Translations under genes and position numbers: made by a program | Notes under the pieces: model-generated | Told to the model about the DNA's origin: nothing | Database searches by the model: none | What the model saw: the letters and a program-made list of their open reading frames with translations, nothing else | Origin: Octopus vulgaris | Lineage: Eukaryota | Assembly (NCBI GenBank): GCA_951406725.2 | Contig: OX597821.1 | Coordinates: 83,390,001 to 83,454,000 of the forward strand | Reading direction: 5' to 3' | DNA length: 64,000 nucleotides | Shown: positions 37,831-50,837 of the stretch, piece by piece | Numbering within the stretch: position 1 is the first letter of the stretch | Layout: every line of letters begins with the position of its first letter

Positions 37831-38419
37831 ACACACACACATGCAAACACACACGTACATGCAATATGTGTGTGTGTGTGTACACACACACACATATATT
37901 CTTTCTACTTTAAGTGATTGCTAGATCTGCAGAAAATAGCAGCCAAATCTACCTCAACTTACAACCTACGGTCTTGAAAACGTATGGACACATTGGATAA
38001 CGTAGCCCCAGATGTACTTTACAATGCAAAAGACAAAAAAAATGGTCATAGCAGTAACTCCAATGATCATAAGTCTGCTCAACCAGGGCTGACTCGGGGG
38101 TAAACAACAATAAAATGGAGGAGCAAGACAACTAATAAACTGTTATGTGGTTGTTTGACTTGCTAGAAATAACAGCTGAATTAACTAAGACTAGTGTCTT
38201 AAAAGAGGAAAGATACATTAGATGATGTGGACCTAGGTACACTATGTCATAAAATAATAGGGATAGCAAGTGAAGTGCTGCAGGCTAAGGGGTTAGTAAT
38301 AAAAGCAACACAAAGGGTTCTGAATATTTAAACCAGAAGAAAATATCCAAGGAAACCTTTTACAAGGAAATGTGGACATAAGACAAATGTTATTCAGTGT
38401 GTTCCTAGTTTCAGATATT

Positions 38420-38487
38420 CAGGGTGTGGGTGGGGTGTGGGTGTGTGTGTGCTTGTCTTTATGTTCTGCATGTGCTTTTGTATGCTG

Positions 38488-38521
<34 letters not shown>

Positions 38522-38976
38522 TGCTTGTCTATAAGCTGTGTGTTTGTGAATATGTTGCATGAATATGTGTGTGTATGTGTGTGTGTGTGTGTGTGTGTGC
38601 TTGTCTTTATGTTCTGCATATGCTTTTGTATGCTGCATGTGTGTGTGTGTATTTGTGTATATGTTGCATGAGTATGTGTGTGTGGGTCTATGCTTGTTTA
38701 TGAGAGAGGGAGGAGGGGAGAAAAAGAGAGAGTAGGGAGGGAAAAAGAGAGAGTGTTTGGGTAGGCTGCATGCAAGTGCGTGTGTGTGTGTGTGTGTGCT
38801 TTTTATAAGTTGTGTTTGCTTGTATATATGTTGTATGTGAGTGTGTGTGTGTGTGTGAATGTGAGTGTATTTATAAATAGTGTGAGTGAATGCTTATATA
38901 AATATATGTCCATGAGTAGATTTCTGCCTGTTTGTATACACACACATGTATATATATATATATATATATATATATG

Positions 38977-39014
<38 letters not shown>

Positions 39015-39221
39015 CGTATACATACATATATGCACATGCGCACACATATAGAGATATATATAGTGAGTGTGTGTTGTATGTGTTGTGTGTTTTGCATGTG
39101 TGTGTGTATGTTCTGTATATCTGATGTGTGTGTTGTGTGTGTGTGTGTGTTTGTGCATGCATGTGTGTGTTTGTGCATGCATGTGTGTGTGTGTGTGTGT
39201 GTGAGTGTGTGTGTTTGTGCA

Positions 39222-39279
<58 letters not shown>

Positions 39280-39658
39280 AAATAAAATTAATTATGACAG
39301 AAAAAATTTTACAAACTAATTTCAACTTCTATCAAACAGAATTTTAAGGAAATTGCATCATATATATACAACTGGAGAAAACCTGCTGGCAACAAATTTT
39401 AAAATTTTCTGTGCACATGTGTGAGTGTGCATGTGTGCATATGTGTGCACTGTTACCAATGTGTATTTGTACATGTGTAATGTATGACAGTTTTGCATAT
39501 GTTGTGTGTGTGCATGTGCACGCTAGTGCTGTGTTAATGTGTAGTTGTACATGTGTAATGTATGGTGGCTTTGCATATGTTGTGTGTGTGTGTGTGTATA
39601 TGTGTTGTGCATGTTATTTATGTGTATATTGTATTGTGTATTTGTTGTTTATGCTTAC

Positions 39659-39699
<41 letters not shown>

Positions 39700-39700
39700 A
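38420..39700. repeat. Extended degenerate (GT)n/(AT)n/(GA)n low-complexity region
   Basis: Directly visible; source of many spurious ORFs. Confidence 0.9.
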
Positions 39701-39787
39701 CAAGTGTATTGCACTGAGGGTTTGTAAATATGAGTGTGGGCATAATATTGTGTCCTTGTTAGTACTTCTATTTGCCATGTATGTCTA

Positions 39788-40120
39788 TTGGGCAAGTGTC
39801 TTCTGCTATAGCCCCGGGCCGACCAATGCCTTGTGAGTGGATTTGGTAGACGGAAACTGAAAGAATCCCGTCGTATATATGTATATGCGTGTGTGTATTT
39901 GTGTTTGTGTGTCTGTGTTTGTCCCCCTAGCATTGCTTGACAACCGATGCTGGTGTGTTTATGTCCCCGTTACTTAGCGGTTCGGCAAAAGAGACTGATA
40001 GAATAAGTACTGGGCTTACAAAGTAATAAGTCCCGGGGTCAATTTGCTCGACTAAAAGGCGGTGCTCCAGCATGGCCGCAGTCAAATGACTGAAACAAGT
40101 AAAAGAGAGTAAAAAGAGAG
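39788..40120 (+). mobile_element. Family A SINE, 5'-truncated, young
   Basis: Matches family A consensus, CpGs retained. Confidence 0.88.
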
Positions 40121-41149
40121 TATATTGTGTATGTGTGCATATTTATGTACTTTAGTGTGTGTGTGTGTGTGCGTGTGTGTGCATAGTTATGTACTTTAGT
40201 GTGTGTGTGTGTGTGTGTGTGCATATTGAGTATGCCTGAGTGTGTGTATGTGCATATCTGTGTGTGCTTCTAGGTCAACGTGGCTTTCCATGCAGGCATG
40301 GGTGGGACAGCTCAAAGTTAGAAACACTGAATATTTCTGTGTGTTTTTGAAGCAAGCAACTCCTCAATTGTTTACTTTTCTGAGAACTCCAGCCATTCAA
40401 CCATAAACAAGAATTGTTTATGGAGAGACCACAACACCTACGTGTTAAGAAAAAACTTACAAAAAAGGTGAAAAAATCTCACTAAATATATTACATACAT
40501 ATGCACACTTATGTATGAACAAACACACACATACAGACAGACAGCCGCACACACACACACACACACACTGTTATTGATTTCAGGTTCAGGTGTGGCTGTG
40601 TGCTTCAGAACTTTGGTTCCTTGCCACATGTTTTTTTTTGGTTTTTTCCTGTGGCATGCACCTTTGAGAAGTGTCTTCTACTATAGCCCTGGGCCAACCA
40701 AAGCCTTGTGAGTGAATTTGGTAGAGAGAAATTATGTGTGTATGTGTGTGTGTGTGTTATTGTTAACGAATGTGGTAACAACGCTGCTTGTAGCTTGCAA
40801 CTTTCTTAGATTACAGATGTAAACACACACACATGCACACACACGTGTGTGTGTGTGTGCATGTTTCATTTATACAATTAAGAAAGTCACAAGCTACTAG
40901 TGATGTTGTTGCTGTTGTCACTTCCGTCCAGTCGGTTCATGTTCTCAAAGACATATGAAATAAGTTAAACCTGGCTTCCAAGAACAGGTAAGACTTAGTG
41001 AAGGTTAGTGACAGGAAGCGTACCCAGCCACAAAACAATGCCTCGGTAACATAGTTGTCTAACCAAATACTAGCATGAAAAACAACAAAACAAAACAAAA
41101 CAGAAAATAAATTCTTTCATTTGTTTCAGTTATTGAACTGTAACCATAT

Positions 41150-41395
41150 TGGTTTCAAATTTTGTCACAAGGCCAGCAAGTTTTGGGGAGGAGGTAAGTA
41201 GATTAGATTAACCTCGATTCACAACTGGTACTTATTTCACTGACCCGGAAAAGATTGAAAGGAAAGTCAACCCTGAAAGGATTGAAAGGCAAAGTCAACC
41301 TTGGCGGAATTTGAACTCAGAATGCTCAGAGACTGACACGATGCTGCTCAGCATTTTGCCCAGTGTGCTAATGATCCTGCCAGTTTGCTGCCTTA
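41150..41395 (-). mobile_element. Family B SINE with internal duplication
   Basis: attgaaagg(c)aaagtcaacc occurs twice. Confidence 0.75.
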
Positions 41396-41530
41396 TTAAA
41401 CTTTAACCATACTAGTGTACAATTCTACTAGTGTATAGTCAATAATATTGACCCCAGTATGCATGTTTTTATCTCCCACCCAGAGCTGTTACTCTTCCTG
41501 CTGCAGCAGAGATCCACTTCTACAGGTTAT

Positions 41531-41893
41531 ATTCAGTCATTTGACTGCAACCATGTTGGAACACAGCCTTTTTTTAAGTCAGAAAAATCAACCCCAGGAC
41601 TTAATTCTTCATAAGCCTAGTTACTTATTCTATCAGTTTCTTTTGCTGAACCGAAAGTTACAGGGACATAAACATACCAACATCAGTTGTCAAGCGATGG
41701 TGGGGCAGGGGGACCAAACACAGACACACAAATACACACATACACATACGACGGGTTTCTTTCCATCTACCAAATCAACTCACAAGGCTTTGGTCGGGCT
41801 GAGGTTATAGTAGAAGGCACTTACCCAAAGTGCCATGCAGTGGGACTGAACTCAGAACCATGTGGTTGAGAAGCAAGCTTCTTACCACACAGC
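41531..41893 (-). mobile_element. Family A SINE
   Basis: Matches family A consensus. Confidence 0.85.
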
Positions 41894-42269
41894 TGGTTAT
41901 ATTACAAGACGGTATTTTGGGGCATAATAAGTTACAGTGGTACCGCTTGTCTATAAGCTCACAGTAGTTGGCAAATTGTCAGGATCACAGCCTGTCCAAG
42001 ACAGCAATCAACTATCAAGTGTCCTGCAATCTTTTGAGAGACAACTGAACACTCTGTCTAGTCAATTGTCTTGTTGCCGTCACCATCTTGCTCCCGCCAA
42101 ATGAATTGCTGCCAAGTGCTTCATTTATCAACCATTAAGAAAAGATGGACGAAGTGAAGCTGGACAGCATCTGATGCCAGAGTGGAAATGAATTCACTTG
42201 AATACTACAAGTTGTTTTTATTTATCTGTTACTCTCTACCAACTCTGCCAAACATTTGCCATAAAGAAC

Positions 42270-42374
42270 AAGTTTCCACCATCTGAGTTTCTTGAGTCAC
42301 CCATCTAAGTACTGGCCAGTTTTAATGTTACTCAGCTTCAGTAATTAGGAGAGAACTGGTATTTTTCAGTATTA
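42270..42374 (-). pseudogene. Degenerate 5S rRNA-derived sequence (pseudogene or SINE3 head)
   Basis: gtcacccatctaagtactggccag..tcagcttcagtaattaggagagaactggtatttttca aligns by eye with reverse-complement metazoan 5S (gtctcccatccaagtact..ttagcttccgagatcagacgaga). Confidence 0.7.
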
Positions 42375-42709
42375 TCATTTTAACCTCCACTTTTCCATAC
42401 TTGGATGGAATTTGTTGAAGTGGATTTTCCTTGACTGGATGTTGTTCCCGTTTACCAACCCTTATAACCAGACATGTTTATACAGAAGATAGAAAATGAA
42501 GGACACTGCTTGCCTGATGGTGACACTTGCTTCCAACCACCATGCAATGTCAGGGAAAAGAGACAGTAACACACACATACACACACACGACAGCCTTCTT
42601 TTAGTTTTCATCCATTAAATTCACTTTCAAGGTTTTGGTCGACAAGGAGCTATAGTAGAAGACACTTGTCCAATGGTACCACACAATGAGATTGAAATTG
42701 AAACATGAT

Positions 42710-42888
42710 GCAGGAGCAGCTGTGTGGTAAGAAGCTTGCTTCCCAACCACATGGTTCCAGGTTGAGTCCTACTGCATGGCACTTTGGGTGAGTGTCTTCT
42801 AATATAGCCTCGGGCCAACCAAAGCCTTGTGAGTGGATTTGGCAGACAGAAACTGAAAAGAAACCCGTCATATGTATAAATATATATT

Positions 42889-42942
<54 letters not shown>

Positions 42943-42966
42943 CAGAGACACAAACATATACACACA

Positions 42967-43020
<54 letters not shown>

Positions 43021-43252
43021 ATACGTGTGTGTATGTTTGTGTCTCTGTGTTTGTTCCCCCACCCCATCATCACTTGACAACTGATGTTGGTGTGTTTATG
43101 TGCCCTTAACTTAGAGGTTCAGCAAAAGAAGCTGATAGAATAAGTAACTAGGCTTCCAAGAATTAAGTCCTGGGGTTGATTTTTCTGACTAAAAACAGGC
43201 GGTGTTCCAACATGGTTGCAGTCAAATGACTGAAACAAATAATTGAATAAGA
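42710..43252 (+). mobile_element. Family A SINE with expanded internal (TA)n/(TG)n
   Basis: Head and tail match consensus; central microsatellite about 170 bp. Confidence 0.85.
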
Positions 43253-43442
43253 GAACAAAAAGGTGGCAAAGCAAACTTAAGACACAATCACACCTGCACC
43301 TAGTGTGATGATATGGCCATAATACAAACAACAACAACAACACAAACTTTCAAGTGAACAATAAACCAAAATAAGGTAAATTAGGTTAAGTGAATAAAAA
43401 ACAAACTGAATCAACAGATACAAAATAATTTTCCTTCCTTAC

Positions 43443-43564
43443 CATACACACATTGTCAAACGGAATGAGGGAAGATAAATATAAAGCTCTTTCATTGTCT
43501 AAGAAATGCTTTGGTATGGTCGCTAGATCTAGAGACATTAATCTCTGTTTACAAATTTCCAAAG
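43443..43564 (-). CDS. MSH5: MSH5 coding exon 2 of 11 (122 nt)
   Basis: aattttttcag|...|gtaagg; SLEICKQRLMSLDLATIPKHFLDNERALYLSSLIPFDNVCM vs human GLEISKQRLLS...LFLSSIIPFD. Confidence 0.95.
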
Positions 43565-44291
43565 CTGAAAAAATTGGAAAAATTCATATCATCATCATCA
43601 TCATCATTGTTTAATGTCTGCCTTCCATGCTAGCATGGGTGGAACTATATATATATATATATAACGGGAAGCTTTATGAAAATAGACAAAAGACGTATAT
43701 ATATATATACACACACACATATATTATATATATATATATATGTACACACACACATGTATATATTATATATATATATGCATACATATACACATCTTTAGGA
43801 ACGGTGAATCTTGAAGCAAATAAAGCTATAAATAACAGCATGTAAATATTGGGTTAAAAAGCCTTTGGATAGAAAAAGTTGAAAGCTGCCTGTATGACTT
43901 GAACCCACATCTGTAGACATGACAGGGCATCTACTTTTGGATCAAATTCTCAACAACATATATAAGATCATCATCATCATCATCATCATACATCTTACTC
44001 TTTATGCATTTGTATTTAAGTGGATCATCATCTCACTGCTCATCATCACCTTGTTGAGATTCAGCTAGCCACCTGAGATTACCTTTCATTACCTATTTCC
44101 GTGTGTCCCCTAGTCTTTGTTATCTGCAGGATCCTACCACATGGATCACTAGGCACTTCTTCACTCTGCCAACACCCTCAATATACATCGCATATTCTTA
44201 TATTCTTTTACTTGTTTCAGTCATTTGACTGCAGCCATGCTGGAGCACCAACTTTAGTTAAACTATTCGACCCCAGGACTTATTCTTTGTA

Positions 44292-44640
44292 CATTATTTA
44301 CATTCAACGGATATTTGTCCTCATCTTGCTTTTTGTTAATACAACAGTTCGGCTGATATACCCTCCAGCCATCTTCAAGTATCTTGGGGAAATTTCGAAC
44401 CCGAGTTCTCATTCCTAAGGTATTTGTCAATGTTATTATTATCATTATTATTGTTAGTGTTCAGGTTACTGCTTGGAATCGAACTCGGAATTTTGGGGTT
44501 AGTAGCCCGCGCTCTTAATCACTACGCCATATACCCGTGTTATATGTGTTAACAACAAACAAGATGAGGACAAATATCCGTTGAATGTAAATAATGTAAA
44601 TAATGTACATAATTCCTCATCTCTTAAATATAAAAATGTA
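44292..44640 (-). mobile_element. Composite non-autonomous retroelement: tRNA-like head, hammerhead-like motif and inverted repeats (Penelope-like)
   Basis: 12-bp TSD ttattctttgta (44280-44291, 44641-44652); 54-bp IRs with 3 mismatches; A box 44519-44529 and B box 44475-44484 on minus strand. Confidence 0.75.
44339..44382 (-). ncRNA. Degenerate minimal type I hammerhead ribozyme motif
   Basis: atac-TTGAAGA-t-ggctg-gagggtatat-cagcc-GAAC-tgtt-gtat; stems I and II pair perfectly; core deviates from CUGANGA/GAAA at two positions. Confidence 0.55.
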
Positions 44641-44799
44641 TTATTCTTTGTAAACCTAGTACTTCTTCTATCAGTCTCTTTTGCCAAACCGCTAAGTTAC
44701 AGGTACTTGAACAGACCAGCATCAGTTGTCAAGTGATAGTGGTGGGGACAAACACAGACACACATATATATACACACACACACATATATGTGTGTAATA

Positions 44800-45130
44800 T
44801 CACAATCTTCTCTTTTCCACACAACATTTGATTTTCTTAAAACCAGTTTGTCTATCAGCTCATATGTGTTCTATTATTCATGCATACCAACTACTATATT
44901 CACCTCATTTTCTTTCCACATTCTCTACATTCAATGTTCATGTTTCGTTACCATGCAGCATTAAATTTTGTACCCATGCATCATAAAATCTGTTATTCAC
45001 CCAGAGAAAGAATCCCTTTGATGCTCTAAGCTTTTTCCACTCTGTTCTTACTCTGAGTATAGTCCTTTCAGAACATGCTCTATCATTGCTACTTAGGTAA
45101 CAGGTATTCAACAACTTCTAGAGAACCCTC
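44800..45130 (-). mobile_element. Degenerate RTE ORF remnant
   Basis: LEVVEY.. and accatgcagcat..catgcatcata segments parallel the RTE at 14950-15180. Confidence 0.55.
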
Positions 45131-45587
45131 CAAACATTTGCAAGAATTCACACAGGCATATTGTTGGTCACTGCCACTGCGACTGTCATCATCAGCATCA
45201 TCATCATCGTCCTTCTTCTTCACTGGTTGCTGGCTGCCGCTGCTGCCCTCATCATAATTAGTCTTACCACCATCATTGTCATTTTTTGTCTGCTTCCCAT
45301 GCTGATATCGGTTGGATGGTCTGACAAGACCTGGCAGGCTGGAGGACCATGTCAAGCTTCAATATTTCCAATCCAGCATGGTTTTAATGGCTGAGTACTC
45401 TTCCTAAAGCCAACCACTTTACAGTGCATACTGAGTTTTTCTTTTCTTTTTCTTTGTGGTGCCAACACTAGTAAGATTGTCTTACAATTTTCTGTATGTT
45501 GCATCATGTAAATGCGTACATATCTGCTTGTCTATAAGCTGTGTGTTTGTGTATATACTGCATGTGTGTGTGAGGAAGACAGGCAGA

Positions 45588-46012
<425 letters not shown>

Positions 46013-46144
46013 AAGTATATAGATAGAGAGAGAGTGTGCTTGGGTATTTTGCATGTGAACATATGTGCAGCATGCTGTATGTGTGTGTTGTGTACATTAC
46101 AAATGGACGCCCTTCCTAATGCCAACCACTTTATAGTGCATAGT

Positions 46145-46365
46145 CTTTTACTCTTTTATTCTTTTACTTGTTTCAGTCATTTGACTGCGGCCATGCTGGA
46201 GCACCGCCTTCAGTCGAGCAAATCGACCCCAGGACTTATTCTTTGTAAGCCTAGTACTTATTCTATCAGTCTCTTTTGCCGAACCACTAAGTTACGGAGG
46301 ACATAAACACACCAGCATCGGCTGTCAAGCAATGCTAGGGGGACGAACACAGACACACACACATA

Positions 46366-46399
<34 letters not shown>

Positions 46400-46566
46400 T
46401 ACGACGGGCTTCTTTCAGTTTCCGTCTACCAAATCCATTCATAAGGCTTTGGTCAGCCTGAGGCTATAGTAGAAGACACTTGCCCAAGATGCCACGCAGT
46501 GGGACTGAACCTGGAACCATGTGGTTGGTAAGCAAGCTACTTACCACACAGCCACTCCTGCGCCTG
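46145..46566 (-). mobile_element. Family A SINE, full length
   Basis: Matches family A consensus. Confidence 0.9.
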
Positions 46567-46900
46567 CATAGTGGGTACTTATTGTGAGATTGTCTGACAA
46601 TTTTCAAGATTAAAGAGCAGAAACAGTCCCCATGACTTAAAGGAGGATGGGAGAGTGAGTGTGATGACCATTATACAAACACACTCACACACACATGAAT
46701 ACACACACATACACAACACCAGAGTCTTCTATCAGTTTCTAACAACCAAATTTACTCTCGTGGCTTTGGTCAGCCTGGGGTTATAGTGGAAGACACTTGC
46801 CCAAGGTGCTACACAGTGGCACAGAACTTGAATCCACATGGTTGGGAAGCAAACCTCTCAACTACATAGCCATGCCAGCACTGTATGTGTGTGTGTGTGT

Positions 46901-46931
<31 letters not shown>

Positions 46932-46984
46932 CATGTATGCATGTATGTATGTATGTATGTACGTATGTATGTATATATGTATGT

Positions 46985-47285
46985 AGGTAGGTAGGTACAT
47001 ACGTATGTACATACATATATACACACATATATATGCACATGCACACACACAGGTCTGAATGTATGTGTGGGTGTATGTATGTATGTAGGTACATACGTAT
47101 GTACATACACATACATATATACACACATATATATATATGCACATGCACACACACAGGTCTGAATGTATGTGTGGGTGTATGTATGTATGTATGTAGGTAG
47201 GTACATACGTATGTACATACACATGCATATATACACACATATATATGCACATGCACACACACATGTCTGAATGTATGTGTGGGTG
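46985..47285. repeat. Three-copy minisatellite of about 105 bp built from microsatellite motifs
   Basis: gtctgaatgtatgtgtgggtgta recurs near 47053, 47157 and 47265. Confidence 0.9.
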
Positions 47286-48016
47286 TAATACACATGCACA
47301 TACATCTTATCTCTATTTCTGTTTTGCATTATTTCGTATTCCATAAAAACCCTTTTATTCTAGGGTAATTTAACTGGTATTTCTCCCACACCGTTCCCTT
47401 TCCCAAGACATGTTTTCTCTCTCACAGCCAGTTCTATAGCCAGCAGTATTCACTCCAACGGCAAACAATAGGCTAGACTGACTGGGAGTTAACTATATCA
47501 AATCAAATGGTCCATTGCCCAGGAAAATCAGTAATCGATATATTGAAGTATGCCTGTGAGGAGACGACAAAGAGAGGACAGATTAAAAAGCAGACAAAGG
47601 AACACTGTGAACCCTTAACATTAGAAACTATCCCAGCAGCAGTTTTAGAAAGATGTTTTATGTAGATCAGAATTCACAAGTGTTCAGCTCAGTCAAGCCG
47701 AGTCAAAAGCTCCGTCATTCCAACGACTAGTTCCCACTATCTGTGTTTTAGGAATAAAGTATGTTTAAACAATAGGTACAACGTAGTCTTCCTCTCAGTC
47801 ACTGAATACATTTATTTTTTTTGAAGTCGTGATATATTTCAAACTCCTGTATATTATTGATTTGAAAGCAGACAGGGAATAATTGAAATGCAGCATAATA
47901 CATACATACATACATATATATATTTTTTTTTTTTTTCACACGGGTATATCTCTATGAAGAGTTTGGATATTTATTTCCTTATATTAATAATAATAATGAT
48001 ATATTATTAAAAAATA

Positions 48017-48077
<61 letters not shown>

Positions 48078-49166
48078 GCATATGCACAAACACGCATAAG
48101 TGTATATATGTATATTTATAAGTATGTGTGTGTGTGTGTGTATTGACTGAACTCATGCATGTACCCACATGCACGTGGCTTTGTTTTGTATGCTTGTTTG
48201 TGTACACACACGCGCATGTGTGCGAGTGCATGTGTGCGCGAGTGCAAGTGCATGTAGTCTTAGTAGCAGCAGCAGCAGTAGTAGTAGTAGAAGTAGCAGT
48301 AGTAGTAGTAGTAGTTGCTGCAATGGGAAGAAGGAGAGGGATCTCCCACCAAAGAAAGACAAATACATGAATGAATGCAGCAGAGTAAGATAGCAGGAGT
48401 TGGATGCTGCCGAAAGCCTCGAACAGTTTAGCCCCGTTTAAAATGTACTGGGCTTTGCACGAGCCCAGTCTGTATTCTGCTCCCTCTTCCAAATATTATC
48501 AGATCTGAACTGGTGCATGGAGTGCCATATGTCAGCCGGTATATTGAATGCATGTTGTTCTTAGGGCAGACAATAATACACACATAATGCTGTGTAAACC
48601 CCTGTACAACCAACGCATACCCTTAAAAAACTCTCCCCCCCCACCCCGGTCGAATAAAAGAAGCTGATACAATATTGATCCTGAGCAAACTAAAGAGTTG
48701 AGTTATTGTTCTAAAGTATGAGAAGCAATTCTGATTTAGTGGACCGATAAATGTTGGGGGAAAGAATGTAGAAGTCTGCCAGAGAGTGTACGTAGAGCTT
48801 GAGGATATGTCAACAGTGTACGTACAACTGCTGCAGTCGTGTCAGGTTTGTTGGTTGGTGGGACAGCACTGGAAATTTCCCAGGAGTAGTAGTAGCAGTA
48901 GACAGTAACATCAATAGAACAATGAAACGCTGAAGTGGACATGGCTGAAAACTAGGGGGGGGGGAGATGAGAGAGAGAGAGAGAGAAAGGAGAAGAGGGT
49001 GTGGCTGGTTATGAGGCATGTTGCATGCATGTTGCTTCTGAAAAGCATGTTGCTTTTTTGTTTTGAAATAAATTTATGTGAAAATATTTCCTTCTTGAAT
49101 TTAAATGTTGTCATCAAAAGATTATATTTTCTGCGAAAAGAATATAATATAATATAATATAATATA

Positions 49167-49201
<35 letters not shown>

Positions 49202-49976
49202 TGCATTTGCATACACACACACATATATATGGTTCATTAAATGATGTAGATGATATATTTCTCTCTCTCTCTCTCCCTCTCTCTCTATATATATGCGCAT
49301 GTACATATGTACATATATACATATATAATTTTGTGGGATGCTAAGATATTTCCATAAATACAAAGCTGAAACTATTTTCCTATAGAAGATGCCACATTAT
49401 TCCCAGACAGTGTTTCCTGATAAACATTTGTCCCAGAATTAGGAGTGAGAATAACAAAAATACATAAATATAGTTAGAATTCTTTCATTTGTTCATCCAG
49501 ATCTATGGAGATCATCTGGAAAGATGTAAGGCTTCAGTGAAATTTCCTTTAAAATGAAATAAAAACAAAACAAACCGCATTAACAAAACAAAGAAACTAA
49601 TTAAATTAAAATGACTTTTGATGTCATATCATTATTGTTTTTGTTGTTGCCATTTAGCCTTATTTCAGTTTTGATTGAATGAACCTATGATGTTGCTTAA
49701 CCCCAGTTCAGTCAGGATCGGGGCAGGCCCCATATATCAAAGGCATTCCAATCTCGAAAATACTGGCCCTTTTTTTGTTTGTTTGTTTGTTTGTTTCCCT
49801 CTGTCTTTTCAGGATTAGAGGCTTCCACATCAGCTTGCAGACCAGGGCTTGTTGCTGTTGGTGATAATGTTGTTCATCATATTTATGTTGGTTGTTGTTA
49901 TTGTTGTTGTTATTAGACAGTAGAATGGCAAGAATGGTAAAGCACCAGACTTAATGCCTTACAATATTAAATTCTA

Positions 49977-50420
49977 GGGCAGCAAGCTGGCAGAAACGTT
50001 AGAATACCAGACAGCAGCATTTCTTGCAGATCTTTATGTTCTGTGTTCAAATATTGCCAAGGTTGAGCCTGCCTTTCATCTCTTCAAGGTTGATAAAATA
50101 TATACCTATTTCTTTATTACCCACAAGGGGCTAAACACAGAGGGGACAAACAAGGACAGACATAGGTATTAAGTTGATTACATCGACCCCAGTGCATAAC
50201 TGGTACTTAATTTATCGACCCCGAAAGGATGAAAGGCAAAGTCGACCTCGGCGGAATTTGAACTCACAACGTAACGCAGACGAAATACCGCTAAGCATTT
50301 CGCCCGGCGTGCTAATGTTTCTGCCAGCTCGCCGCCTTGATAAAATAAATACCAGTCGAGTACTGGGGGTGATGTAATTGACTTACCCCCTTGCTTAAAA
50401 TTCTTGGCTTTGTGTCAGGA
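49977..50420 (+). mobile_element. Older family B SINE hosting an inverted younger copy
   Basis: Head ggcagcaagctggcagaa; resumes after 50347. Confidence 0.75.
50101..50336 (-). mobile_element. Young family B SINE nested antisense in a family B copy
   Basis: 11-bp TSD ttgataaaata at 50090-50100 and 50337-50347. Confidence 0.9.
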
Positions 50421-50837
50421 TTGGAGACCGTTATGTTGTTGTAGCTATCATTCTTAGTGGGGTTCTTATTGAAGGTATCAGTAAATGCATTGTCACTGGT
50501 TGTTGTGGTTGTTGTTGTTCTTTACTCTCAGGTCGATCTCAATCAAGCAGACCTGGGCTCAGAGAATTTCTCAAGACTACATTAGACAATGTAGTGTTTT
50601 TTTGGTTTTTTTAAGTGAGTAGTGTGAATCAGGGGAGCTCTGCTACTATTTCTAGCAGACTGAACACCCACACAGACTCTCATGTATCGTTTAATTTTAT
50701 AGGAGGAATCTTTGATAGCAAAAGAGATGAGAATGATATTTCTTACTTCAAAATAATTGTATTTCTTACCAGATTATGGATAATACATGTATTATACCAT
50801 CAATTAACTATCACATTATACATGAGATAAACTGACA

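Larger units (their letters stand above)
44203..44790 (-). mobile_element. Partial family A SINE interrupted by a 349-bp insertion
   Basis: Consensus breaks at ggacttattctttgta and resumes at ttattctttgtaaacctagtac. Confidence 0.85.

Noticed and set aside
37295-39836. Long Cys/Val and His/Thr ORFs (up to 209 aa)
   Set aside because: Translations of (GT)n-derived repeats, open in several frames at once.
48785-48830. Possible miRNA hairpin (tgtacgta...tacgtaca)
   Set aside because: Stem too short and interrupted; no known mature sequence recognised.
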